Assembly: GCA_944391515.1 (NCBI GenBank)
Contig: CALXTW010000005.1
Span: forward strand, 5,127 to 69,126
Direction: 5' to 3'
DNA from: an uncultured Alphaproteobacteria bacterium
GTDB lineage: Bacteria; Pseudomonadota; Alphaproteobacteria; RF32; CAG-239
Length of the DNA: 64,000 bases
Position 1 is the first letter of the stretch. Every line of letters begins with the position of its first letter. The notes under the pieces were generated by a model that saw only the letters and a program-made list of their open reading frames with translations, made no database searches and was not told the DNA's origin. A program made the translations under genes and the position numbers. This document shows positions 18,069 through 27,236 of this stretch, piece by piece.

Positions 18069-18084
18069 CTCTCTGAGTTTAAAA

Positions 18085-18117
18085 TAAAAAAGTCAAAGTT
18101 TATCTTTGGCTTTTTTA
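18085..18117 (+). terminator. Intrinsic terminator of the 301-aa ORF
   Basis: Stem agtcaaag/ctttggct (one G-U pair) followed by T6. Confidence 0.65.
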
Positions 18118-18171
18118 TTGGCTTTTAGAAAAATAAGTTTATACTCATCTTAATATGACGGAGGATACACT

Positions 18172-18741
18172 ATGACGAAAGTTGCCATTTGGTGTCGAGA
18201 AAAAACAGAAAATCTGATTGGAGTTGGAAAAGAAATTCCTTGGAATATTTCATCTGACAGTCGTTTCTTTGCAGATGTGATTGCTGAACAAAATGTGGTG
18301 TTCGGTCGTAAAACATTTGAGACCATTCCGAAACAGGTTTTGGAAAAATGTGAGGTTTGGGTGCTGTCTTCTCTTCGGCCGGAAGATGAGCAAATGCCCA
18401 AAAATGAACATTGGCTTTCAGATATTCGGCATTTTAAGGAATTTGAAGAAGATTTGTATATCGGAGGCGGGGCACAGGTTTATGATGCTTTTGTGAATGG
18501 TGCACCGAAATTAATGCCGGATATTATTGTTGATTGCGTGTATTCGGGCGAGATAAATTCTAAGCTCGAGGGTGAAAAAATTACCATTACACCATGTGTG
18601 GAAACCTTGCAAAAAAAATATTTTAAGATTACGGATGATTTTGAAAAAGATGGCGTGAGTGCCGCTCTTTGGGTGAAAAAAGGTGATTTTGTCGAGCAAT
18701 CGGTTTTGAAACGTTTGTTGCTCTTATTAGAAAATAGGTAA
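18172..18741 (+). CDS. folA: Dihydrofolate reductase-family protein (divergent)
   Basis: The DHFR landmarks appear in order: IGVGKEIPW, GRKTFETIP, VWVLSS and YIGGGAQVY. The C-terminal half is longer and more divergent than in E. coli FolA. Confidence 0.65.
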   Translation: MTKVAIWCREKTENLIGVGKEIPWNISSDSRFFADVIAEQNVVFGRKTFETIPKQVLEKCEVWVLSSLRPEDEQMPKNEHWLSDIRHFKEFEEDLYIGGGAQVYDAFVNGAPKLMPDIIVDCVYSGEINSKLEGEKITITPCVETLQKKYFKITDDFEKDGVSAALWVKKGDFVEQSVLKRLLLLLENR

Positions 18742-18744
18742 ATG

Positions 18745-18778
18745 AAAACCCCGATATTCTGATATATCGGGGTTTTTT
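18745..18778. terminator. Bidirectional terminator (folA-like gene and the convergent 118-aa ORF)
   Basis: Stem ccccgatat/atatcgggg flanked by A4 and T6. Confidence 0.8.
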
Positions 18779-18792
18779 AGAGATGCGCAATC

Positions 18793-19149
18793 TTACTTTC
18801 TTGCATATTTCCAGCCTTTTTCGGTATTTTTTAGTTCCAGCTGAATGCCGTTTAAGCAGATGTTATCTTCCAGAGGTTTGATTGTGGCGTGGCTTGCTTC
18901 AATGGTGCAGATGTTGCCAGAGCCCATGTCAAAGATGAGATAACTTTTGCCGTCAGTACTTTTGTAACCGGCGCAGCAATAAGTGTGATTGGCACTTAAA
19001 AAGTAAGTTTTGCGATTGGGTGAGATTTTTAATCTCTCCAGCAGCGTGTCTGGCGCAATGGTAATGTTAAAACGCTTTTGAGCCGCTTGAAGTTGAGGGA
19101 TGATTTTGTCGGCCTCAACATTTTTGCTTTGAAATCCTTTGGGTTTCAT
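18793..19149 (-). CDS. Hypothetical protein, 118 aa
   Basis: Isolated ORF with its own terminator. No family recognised. Confidence 0.55.
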   Translation of the reverse strand: MKPKGFQSKNVEADKIIPQLQAAQKRFNITIAPDTLLERLKISPNRKTYFLSANHTYCCAGYKSTDGKSYLIFDMGSGNICTIEASHATIKPLEDNICLNGIQLELKNTEKGWKYARK

Positions 19150-19231
19150 ACGTTATATTTTTTAAGGGTTAATAAATATAGAAAAATAATGTTATTGACG
19201 TTGTTATAATGGAAATTTTTTATTTTTCAAG

Positions 19232-19271
19232 AAAAAACGCCCTGATCAGGTATGATTGGGGCGCTTTTTTT
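19232..19271. terminator. Weak bidirectional terminator-like hairpin
   Basis: Short stem cgccc/gggcg around a tgatca core, flanked by A6 and T7. Lies downstream of the 125-aa minus-strand ORF. Confidence 0.45.
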
Positions 19272-19349
19272 GTGTTTTTTCAATAGTAAGTTGCGGGGAG
19301 GTATCTCACGATAGCTGCACGCAACTGTTTTGGTTTGCAAGATTGGAGA

Positions 19350-19727
19350 TTATTTTTTTCTGATTTCCGCAAAGCGGTGGACGTTTTCCACGCGCTGGCG
19401 GAGGTAATGAACACCGTCGTAGTCAAATTCCGTGAGTGGCGTCATCGATACCACGTTTGCGGTGTCAATAATCTCTACTTTTGATTTTTTTCCGGCTTCT
19501 TTGATGAGCGGGCGAACCGCAAAGTCTGCGCCGGATGTTATTTCTGCCCAGACTTTGACCGGAATGTTGGGCTGTATCAGGTCTTTGCGGTCTCCTTTTC
19601 CACTTTGTTTGGAAACCACCAAGGTGAATGATCCAACTTCTTTAATTTCACGTCCGGTTGCAGCAATCATTGCTGATTTTGTAGTGGCTGCGTTCAAGTA
19701 CTCCTGGTTCAAATTTTTCTTACACAT
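19350..19727 (-). CDS. Hypothetical protein, 125 aa
   Basis: Isolated ORF between terminator-like hairpins. No family recognised. Confidence 0.55.
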   Translation of the reverse strand: MCKKNLNQEYLNAATTKSAMIAATGREIKEVGSFTLVVSKQSGKGDRKDLIQPNIPVKVWAEITSGADFAVRPLIKEAGKKSKVEIIDTANVVSMTPLTEFDYDGVHYLRQRVENVHRFAEIRKK

Positions 19728-19839
19728 AATTCTTAAGTTTTATGCCCGAGGGCGGTTAAACAATATAATTATAAAATCACTGAAAAGTATAAAAGCACAA
19801 ATAAAATAAAAAAGCAAGCGAAAAATGACAAAAATTTCA

Positions 19840-19880
19840 GAAAATATACAAAATGGCTTAAGCCGAAAGACTTAAGCCAT
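19840..19880 (-). terminator. Intrinsic terminator of the 121-aa ORF
   Basis: 10-bp perfect stem atggcttaag/cttaagccat, followed on the minus strand by TTTTGTATATTTT. Confidence 0.75.
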
Positions 19881-19894
19881 TGGAATTGAAGAAT

Positions 19895-20260
19895 TTACTT
19901 CTTAGTTACCGGTTCAAATTTTGCAAAACTGTCTTGCTTGTGGAGTGTGAAAGTTTGTCCGGCGATTTTGGCCTCGCTTATTTCTGCAAACTTAACATCT
20001 TCTGGATTGGTCAAAACCGCATTGTGCAAGGTTTCGCCAACCGCAAGCAACAGATATTTTGGTTGTTCTTGTTCATCTTGACAGCGGATATACCAGACGG
20101 CAACCTTTTGTCCTTTACCAAATTGGGAACATTTCTTTTGAAAAGTGGCCAAACGGGTGTGGACTTGTGATGATTCAACATGAACTTTGAATTTTCCGGC
20201 AGCATAGCCCAATGCTGTATAAGCATCGTGGCTGTTTAAATTCATTACTTCTTTCTTCAT
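19895..20260 (-). CDS. Hypothetical protein, 121 aa
   Basis: Isolated ORF with its own terminator. The promoter region contains a 12-bp inverted repeat. Confidence 0.55.
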   Translation of the reverse strand: MKKEVMNLNSHDAYTALGYAAGKFKVHVESSQVHTRLATFQKKCSQFGKGQKVAVWYIRCQDEQEQPKYLLLAVGETLHNAVLTNPEDVKFAEISEAKIAGQTFTLHKQDSFAKFEPVTKK

Positions 20261-20289
20261 GATAATAAAATTTGGTTAGACATAATGAT

Positions 20290-20322
20290 AACTGCTTGTG
20301 CTGGATATAAGCACAAGCAGTT
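20290..20322. promoter_or_regulatory. 12-bp perfect inverted repeat (operator-like, or a terminator lacking a U-tract)
   Basis: aactgcttgtgc, 9-nt spacer, gcacaagcagtt. On the minus strand it follows a TTGCCA -35-like hexamer and spans the expected -10 of the 121-aa gene. It is also 40 nt past the stop of the 251-aa gene. Confidence 0.4.
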
Positions 20323-20362
20323 AGTTTTGGCAAGTCTTATTCTATGGTGTTGATAGTTTATT

Positions 20363-21118
20363 TTAAGGAAGAAGGGTGATGATTGCACCAATGCTTAAAG
20401 GAATTGATAAATTATCATCAATTTCGAGTTTGTCTTCATACATCTCGGCCATAGTTGCGGCAAAAGCGGCAATGATGCTGGCATAAGTGACCGGCAAAAT
20501 CATGTTGCATAAAATCATAATGACTAATGCACTAAGGAAAAAGGCAACAGTTCCTTCTAAGGATTTGTACTTGTAGAGTTTTCTTGTGCCATAGGCTTTG
20601 CCAAAAATAGCGGCACAAGTATCAGAAACAAGCATTACGCTTAAGGCGACAACTGCAACGTTGGCCGGAAAGAGTAGGGCGCAGGCAATGGCCGCCAACA
20701 TAACATAAGCTCCGCCGCTTAGTTGCAGTTCATTGCGTTTGAGCTCTTTGTTGCGAAGTGCCTTGTAAAAAAGCAGACCAAAGGTTCTTCTTGCCCAACG
20801 CCATTTCTTATAATTTCCATATTCCAAAATTACGTCGCCAATGAAAATAGTGGCAAAAATAGTGATGCAAATTGCCGGTTCCACAAAATAAATTAAGGCA
20901 GGAATCCAAAGCGAGCTCAAATGGATTAATTTGCGAAGGCACTCCTTTTTGAAGGATTTGTTGACATCAATGTGCAAATCAGCGGCTAGAACGCTGGGAT
21001 TGAGTGCAGAATTGCGGAGTCGGTTGCGGTATTTGTCAATATTGGCTTTGTAGGTGTCTATGTTTAGACGCAGTCCGTAGTGTCTGATTTTCATGGTGTT
21101 TCTCAGTATTTTTTTCAA
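20363..21118 (-). CDS. Polyprenol/diacylglycerol kinase-like integral membrane protein (CTP-transferase_1 / dolichol-kinase-like)
   Basis: 251 aa and polytopic. ...VSDTCAAIFGKAYGTRKLYKYKSLEGTVAFF... resembles the C-terminal catalytic block of the CdsA/phytol-kinase/dolichol-kinase family. Confidence 0.55.
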   Translation of the reverse strand: MKKILRNTMKIRHYGLRLNIDTYKANIDKYRNRLRNSALNPSVLAADLHIDVNKSFKKECLRKLIHLSSLWIPALIYFVEPAICITIFATIFIGDVILEYGNYKKWRWARRTFGLLFYKALRNKELKRNELQLSGGAYVMLAAIACALLFPANVAVVALSVMLVSDTCAAIFGKAYGTRKLYKYKSLEGTVAFFLSALVIMILCNMILPVTYASIIAAFAATMAEMYEDKLEIDDNLSIPLSIGAIITLLP

Positions 21119-21194
21119 ATTCTATTGTTTGATATCATTATTTATTTGTAAAGTAAAGTCTCAAGCAGTGAATTTAATAACTCTTTGATAAAAA

Positions 21195-21884
21195 TCAATA
21201 TCTTTTTAGGTAAAATTTTCTTACCAGATAATTTATTATCATAATGACCATGAAGGCAGATATCATACTAAATACAGAATGAGAAAGAAAATGTTGTCCG
21301 CGATACATTTGATAAGTGGCAGCCGTCCAACCTAAAATGAGCCCTAAACTTAAGCCTAAAATACGCTTCTTTCTATCGTTGAAGCAATAGTAGAGCGCCA
21401 TAAAGGCAAAGCCAGCTGTGGCGTGTCCTGCCGGAAAACAACGTCCCGGTTTGGGCTGGATAAAGTCAGCGGGGTAGTCTTCCAAGATTCTGACAAAAGG
21501 GTAAAGCCCGTTGTAGATGTTGAGCTGATAGGGGCAATAGACGTTGGTAAAATATTTGGCGCTGGCAACAATTAATGGCACAAAAATAATACTCAACAGC
21601 ATAATTAGGTAAGGTTGGTTGTTTGTTCTTAGGTCTTTGCGCTTGATTGACAAGAGTAGGCGAATTAAGCAAAAAACTGCCGTGGCAATTAAGACATTCT
21701 TTAATCCGGAATAAAAAATAAAACTCAGTTTCTTGTGCAAAGCCGGATAAATTAACCAGCGATTATTAGCTCGGTCAAAAAAATGCTCCTGCAATATCAA
21801 ATCCCAATCAGTGTAATATTCCAGAGCTAAAACACCTAAAAGTAAGAGTATGCCAATGCTTAAGCCTATGAGGAGTTTCTTCAT
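21195..21884 (-). CDS. PAP2-family lipid phosphatase
   Basis: 229 aa and polytopic. Carries PAP2-like motifs ...RCFPAGHATAG... and ...RGQHFLSHSVFS... Confidence 0.7.
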   Translation of the reverse strand: MKKLLIGLSIGILLLLGVLALEYYTDWDLILQEHFFDRANNRWLIYPALHKKLSFIFYSGLKNVLIATAVFCLIRLLLSIKRKDLRTNNQPYLIMLLSIIFVPLIVASAKYFTNVYCPYQLNIYNGLYPFVRILEDYPADFIQPKPGRCFPAGHATAGFAFMALYYCFNDRKKRILGLSLGLILGWTAATYQMYRGQHFLSHSVFSMISAFMVIMIINYLVRKFYLKRY

Positions 21885-21889
21885 TTATA

Positions 21890-23755
21890 TTAGTCCTTGA
21901 GATTTTGTTTCCAATCCGCCGCTGTTTGGTAGAAAGCAACTGCTTCATTTAGTAGCTCACTTTGCTTTTGTGGGGATACTTCTTGCGGGTGGAATGAGTG
22001 TTCTTTAATGGGTTTTAAGATGATATCAATTCCGTCTTTGACATAGCCGATTTTTTGAAAATTGCTAACAAAAAAGCGACTTTCATAGTTAGGTGCAAGT
22101 GCATCTTGTCCATAAAAATGGCTTTCATAGTCAAAGTCGAGTAAACCCAAAATGGTCGGTAAAACGTCTAATTGGCTGACAGGTGTGTCTATTCTTTGGG
22201 CTTTTACCAATTTGGGAGCATAGATAATCCAAGGAATATGGTGATCTTCAAGAGTGATTTCTTCATCACCGGCGGCTCCGGCCGTATGATCTGCCACAAA
22301 TACAAACAGAGTATTGTCAAACCAAGGTTTACTCTTTGCTTGAGAGATAAATTCTCCAATGGCGTAGTCTGCATATTTTACCCCGCCTTCGCGACCGCCT
22401 TTGAGGTCTATTTTGCCAGCAGGGTAGGTGTAGGGACGGTGATTGGATATTGTGAGTATTAAGCTTAAAAATGGTTTGCCTGATGCATAAGACTTATCTG
22501 CTTCTTTGATGACTTTGGCAAATGTGTCCTCATCTGATGCACCCCAGGCATTGGCAAAGGTTACTTCTTCTTTGCTCCAAGCTCCTCTGTCAATGACTTG
22601 AAAACCATTGTTGCCTAAAAAATAATTCATATTATCAAAATAACCAAAGCCTCCGTATATCCACTTGTTATCGTATCCTTTTTTTGCAAAAACAGAGCCT
22701 AAGCTGTGGAGATTTTCGTTTTCTGGACGGCGAACAATTGATTGTCCGGGAAGCGGTGGAACACTCAGCGTAACCGCTTCAATCCCTCGAACCGAACGAG
22801 TACCGGAGGCATATGTGTTGCTGAAAAATAGACCTTCTTGACTGAGGCGATCCAGGTTTGGGGTTACTTTATAGAGACCGGGATAACGATTTTCGGTTAG
22901 AAATTTTGAGCTCATACTTTCCATTAACACAATGATAACATTGTGTTTTTGCTCCGGGCGGGCAGAGCTGATGTGTCGCGTAATATCACTATTCTTCTTG
23001 AATGTGACATTATTGCCTTTGAATTTGTTTTGCAAAATTTCAACATTCGTCTTAGGGTCGTGAGTGATATAAAAATCTGAGTAAGAAATTTCATTCTTAA
23101 GGTAAGCACTGAATAAACTGTAACGTCCGTTTTTAGAGAGCTCGTTGTTAAAGCGGTTGGCGTTAATTTCTAAATTACTCATATCGACATTATTATATGC
23201 TAAAACACAGATGAGCGCATAGACAAGCGTATAAAATAAGCGACGGAAGAATTTGGGTGCCGCAATTTCAACAAATAACCAACGTTTGGTGAAATATACG
23301 GTTATAAAGGTGAGGGCAAAAAGCGTGCCTATAATACTCCAGACGGGATAAGATTCTGTAATGTTGGCAATGACTTCGGTGGTGTAAACCAAATAGTCAA
23401 CGGCAATAAAATTAAAGGCTGATTGGAATTCATCCCAGAATATCCACGCTGCTGCTAACTCAAAATAGGTGGAGAAGACAAATAAACTGTATGAGAAAAT
23501 TGTGAAAAATTTATCGAATTTTTGATTGACCCAAGATTGGGGTAAAAATAGTAAATAGAGTACAAAAGGTACCATACTAAACAAAAATGCAACCAGGCTG
23601 GTTACTAATAAGATACCTAATGTCTTGATTATGGCTGTAAGGGAAAAATCCAAGACATTAAAATTATTAATGGTTTGACAGAGTAGATATATGCCACCGG
23701 CGATTAAGGTAAATACTAAAAAAGGTAGTAGTCGTCGAACAAGGTATGTGTTCAT
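21890..23755 (-). CDS. LTA-synthase/phosphoglycerol-transferase-family (sulfatase-fold) membrane enzyme
   Basis: 621 aa with an N-terminal multi-TM region and a periplasmic sulfatase domain (VIIVLMESMSSKF..., ...TYASGTRSVRG..., ...FVFVADHTA...). Confidence 0.8.
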   Translation of the reverse strand: MNTYLVRRLLPFLVFTLIAGGIYLLCQTINNFNVLDFSLTAIIKTLGILLVTSLVAFLFSMVPFVLYLLFLPQSWVNQKFDKFFTIFSYSLFVFSTYFELAAAWIFWDEFQSAFNFIAVDYLVYTTEVIANITESYPVWSIIGTLFALTFITVYFTKRWLFVEIAAPKFFRRLFYTLVYALICVLAYNNVDMSNLEINANRFNNELSKNGRYSLFSAYLKNEISYSDFYITHDPKTNVEILQNKFKGNNVTFKKNSDITRHISSARPEQKHNVIIVLMESMSSKFLTENRYPGLYKVTPNLDRLSQEGLFFSNTYASGTRSVRGIEAVTLSVPPLPGQSIVRRPENENLHSLGSVFAKKGYDNKWIYGGFGYFDNMNYFLGNNGFQVIDRGAWSKEEVTFANAWGASDEDTFAKVIKEADKSYASGKPFLSLILTISNHRPYTYPAGKIDLKGGREGGVKYADYAIGEFISQAKSKPWFDNTLFVFVADHTAGAAGDEEITLEDHHIPWIIYAPKLVKAQRIDTPVSQLDVLPTILGLLDFDYESHFYGQDALAPNYESRFFVSNFQKIGYVKDGIDIILKPIKEHSFHPQEVSPQKQSELLNEAVAFYQTAADWKQNLKD

Positions 23756-23880
23756 CTATTCTCTCCAGATGATTATTGTTATTGAGGTCAATGTATAAGA
23801 GCTTCAACTAATTGGCAATATTAAAGGTAAGTTATACAGTATAAATTTAGAAAGAGGCTCCTTGGGGAGCCTCTGCTTTT

Positions 23881-26511
23881 TTAGATTGCTTGTTTGACAG
23901 CTTCGATGGCATCGGTGATTTTGTCACCATTTGGGCCACCGGCCTGAGCCATATCAGGACGTCCGCCGCCACCTTGGCCACCAACGGCTTGAGAAGCTTT
24001 CTTGACCAAATCAATGGCTGAATATTTTTCGGTCAAATCTTTGGTGACACCAACTACAATTGAGGCTTTGTCATCTTTATTGGAAGCTAGCACTACAATA
24101 CCAGAGCCAAGTTCGGGGGTAATCTCATCAATAAAGGCTTTCAATTCTTTTGGGTGGACATTCGGAATGGCGCGACCCACAAATTTGACACCATTGATGA
24201 GTTCAAAATTATCACGATTGTCGGCAGCTTTGTTGCTGGCAAAACGTTTTTTCAACTCAAACATATCGTTTTCGAGTTTTTTCTTTTCTTCTAAGAGTTG
24301 TTTTACTCTCTTTTCCAAATCATTAGAGCTGGTTTTGAGTAAATTACCAACAGCGTGGAGTTTATCTTCCATCTCTTGAACGAATTGTTCGGCACCGTGT
24401 CCGGTTAAGCACTCTAAACGACGAACGCCTGCAGAAACGGCACTTTCAGATATAATATTGAAATAGCCGATATCTCCGGTTTCTTTGACGTGTGTACCGC
24501 CGCAAAGTTCTCTTGAGAAGACTTCTTTATCATCGCCCATGGAGACAACGCGGACTTCTTCGCCGTATTTTTCACCAAACAGAGCCATAGCACCGGATTT
24601 AATGGCTTCATCTTGAGACATTAAAGCGGTGGTAACATGGTAGTTTTGGCGGATGGCGTTGTTGACAATGTTTTCAACCTGACGAATCTCTTCGGCTGTG
24701 ATTTGTTTGGGGTGAGATAAGTCAAAACGCATTCTTTCAGCTGAAACGTATGAACCTTTTTGTGCAACGTGATTACCTAATACATCACGCAAAGCACGGT
24801 GAAGTAGGTGAGTAACCGAGTGGTTAGCGCAAATGTTTTTGCGATTTTGTTCAGCTACTTGGAACGTTAAAACATCTCCAACTTTGACACTACCTTTGAT
24901 GAGTTTGCACAAGTGGGCCGAAATGCCGTCTAATTTCTTTTTGACATCCAAAACTTGGATGGTGACATCATCACTGCTGATTAAACCGATATCACCGACT
25001 TGTCCGCCCATTTCGGCATAAAACGGAGTTTGGTTGGCAATTAACCAAAATTCACCGCGGCTAACAACATTCAAAGCTTCATTGTTGACAACCAAAGCCG
25101 TAACTTGACCGTCAGCTTTTAAGGTGTTGTAGCCCAAGAATTCGGTTGCTCCGACTTTTTCTTGAATCTCGAACCAAACTTTTTCCGTGCCGGCATCGCC
25201 AGAACCCGCCCAGTTTTTACGGGCTTCGGCTTTTTGTTTGGCCATGGCGTCATCAAAACCTTTGGTGTCAACAGAGATGTTTTTGTTGCGCAAAGCATCT
25301 TGGGTGAGGTCAAGCGGAAAACCATAAGTATCATAGAGTTTGAAAGCAACGGAGCCGCTTAATTCATCTCCTGATTTGAGGTTTGCCGTTTCTTCATCCA
25401 AAATACGAAGACCTTTATCCAAAGTTTTGATAAAACGGCTTTCTTCGGTCTTGATTGTTTCGCTGATGAGAGCTTGAGCGCGATAGAGTTCGGGATAAGC
25501 TTCGCCCATTTCTCTTTGTAGAGAGGGCAAAAGTTTATAAATCATCGGCTCATGAATGCCAAGCAGTTGAACATGGCGCATAGCTCTGCGCATAATGCGG
25601 CGCAAAACATAGCCACGGCCTTCGTTGGTTGGCAATACGCCGTCGGCAATCAAAAAGCTCATGGCGCGCAAGTGGTCGGCAATGACGTTGAAAGAAGATT
25701 TCAGCGGACCTTCCGGGTCAGCACCGGTGAGTTTGGAAATATCGTTTATCAGGTTTTTGAATAAGTCAATTTCATAATTAGAGTGAACGCCTTGCAAAAT
25801 GGCAGACATTCTCTCCAAGCCCATGCCGGTATCAATACAACGTTGCTTTAATGGAATTCGGCTGCCGTCGGGTAAGTCTTCAAATTCATCGAAAACCAAG
25901 TTCCAAATTTCAATCCAGCGGTCGCCGTCTTCTTCAGGTGTGCCGGGGAGGCCGCCCCAAACTTCAGGACCATGGTCATAGAAAATCTCAGAGCAATAAC
26001 CGCAAGGACCGGTATCACCCATTTGCCAGAAGTTGTCTTTGGTGGAAATACCGATAATGCGGTCTTCAGGTAAACCAGAGACTTTGCGCCAGATGTTGCG
26101 AGAAACATCATCGGTGTGATATACGGTAACGGCTAAGCGCTCTTTCGGAATACAAAACTCTTTAGTAACCAGTTCCCAAGCCCAAGCAATGGCATCTTCT
26201 TTGAAGTAATCACCGAAAGAAAAGTTACCCAACATTTCAAAAAATGTGTGGTGTCGGACATCGTATCCGACAGAATCCAAGTCATTGTGTTTGCCACCGG
26301 CTCGAACAGATTTTTGGGAAGTCGTCGCTCGTGTATAGTCGCGTTTTTCGTTGCCAGTGAAAATGTTTTTGAATTGAACCATTCCGGAGTTGGTGAACAT
26401 CAAGGTCGGATCATTGTCCGGTACAAGTGATGAGGACGGAATGATTTTATGATCGTGTTTTGCAAAGAAATTTAAGTATGTATTTCTTATATCTTTTAGC
26501 GTTGTTGTCAT
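23881..26511 (-). CDS. alaS: Alanine--tRNA ligase
   Basis: 876 aa and full-length, with class II motifs, the editing-domain HxxxH/CxxxH region (SVTHLLH...CGGTH) and a C-terminal DHHA1 domain. Confidence 0.97.
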   Translation of the reverse strand: MTTTLKDIRNTYLNFFAKHDHKIIPSSSLVPDNDPTLMFTNSGMVQFKNIFTGNEKRDYTRATTSQKSVRAGGKHNDLDSVGYDVRHHTFFEMLGNFSFGDYFKEDAIAWAWELVTKEFCIPKERLAVTVYHTDDVSRNIWRKVSGLPEDRIIGISTKDNFWQMGDTGPCGYCSEIFYDHGPEVWGGLPGTPEEDGDRWIEIWNLVFDEFEDLPDGSRIPLKQRCIDTGMGLERMSAILQGVHSNYEIDLFKNLINDISKLTGADPEGPLKSSFNVIADHLRAMSFLIADGVLPTNEGRGYVLRRIMRRAMRHVQLLGIHEPMIYKLLPSLQREMGEAYPELYRAQALISETIKTEESRFIKTLDKGLRILDEETANLKSGDELSGSVAFKLYDTYGFPLDLTQDALRNKNISVDTKGFDDAMAKQKAEARKNWAGSGDAGTEKVWFEIQEKVGATEFLGYNTLKADGQVTALVVNNEALNVVSRGEFWLIANQTPFYAEMGGQVGDIGLISSDDVTIQVLDVKKKLDGISAHLCKLIKGSVKVGDVLTFQVAEQNRKNICANHSVTHLLHRALRDVLGNHVAQKGSYVSAERMRFDLSHPKQITAEEIRQVENIVNNAIRQNYHVTTALMSQDEAIKSGAMALFGEKYGEEVRVVSMGDDKEVFSRELCGGTHVKETGDIGYFNIISESAVSAGVRRLECLTGHGAEQFVQEMEDKLHAVGNLLKTSSNDLEKRVKQLLEEKKKLENDMFELKKRFASNKAADNRDNFELINGVKFVGRAIPNVHPKELKAFIDEITPELGSGIVVLASNKDDKASIVVGVTKDLTEKYSAIDLVKKASQAVGGQGGGGRPDMAQAGGPNGDKITDAIEAVKQAI

Positions 26512-26596
26512 GGTTAATTTTACTTCCCAAAAAATTAATTATTTAAACCTTCCTTTTTTTATTGTATTTTGGGCTAAGAGTCTAGTAAAATTTTCA

Positions 26597-27079
26597 TTAA
26601 AATTCAATTATACTTCCGTAAGTGTAAACAAAAGTTGAATTCAAAAATGTGGCGTAGCACATCCAAGCAAAACCAAGCCAATTCAGATGCCCGGCCATGG
26701 GGGTGATTTTGTGAAAAAATTGTATCATCTTAAAGAACACAATATCTAATGCGATGATGATGACTAAGCCCACGCCCAGCAAACCTTCGCTGAAATATGC
26801 CCAACACCATACAATTTGCAAAAACAGCTGCGAGATAAACAAAATAACGGCACGCTTTTTTAAGTGTGAAGCGGTGTTGAGAACCATAAAAAATGAAACA
26901 ATCATCAGCGCATAGATGAGTGTCCACATCGGAGAAAAGACCCAGTTTGGCGGTGTGCCGAAAGGTTTTTCATAACCATTATACCAACCTTCAATACCAA
27001 TATGTGTGAATATTCCGCAGAGCCAGGCTGAAACCATAACCAATACCGTAGAATAGATGAATTTAAGAATCGCTTGCAT
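26597..27079 (-). CDS. tspO: TspO/MBR tryptophan-rich sensory protein
   Basis: 160 aa with 5 TM helices. WYNGYEKPFGTPPNWVFSPMWTLIY is the family N-terminal signature. Confidence 0.85.
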   Translation of the reverse strand: MQAILKFIYSTVLVMVSAWLCGIFTHIGIEGWYNGYEKPFGTPPNWVFSPMWTLIYALMIVSFFMVLNTASHLKKRAVILFISQLFLQIVWCWAYFSEGLLGVGLVIIIALDIVFFKMIQFFHKITPMAGHLNWLGFAWMCYATFLNSTFVYTYGSIIEF

Positions 27080-27236
27080 GGGGAATCTCCTTATTTTTGA
27101 CGCTATTTTAAAGATAATCTTAAGTCAGAAAATTTCAAGGAAAGAAAAATTGCGAAATTTTGTAGAAAAAAAACTTGAAATTTTGTCAAATATAGGCATT
27201 ATATAGGCATTAATCTTGATATTTGCAGGAGGCGTT

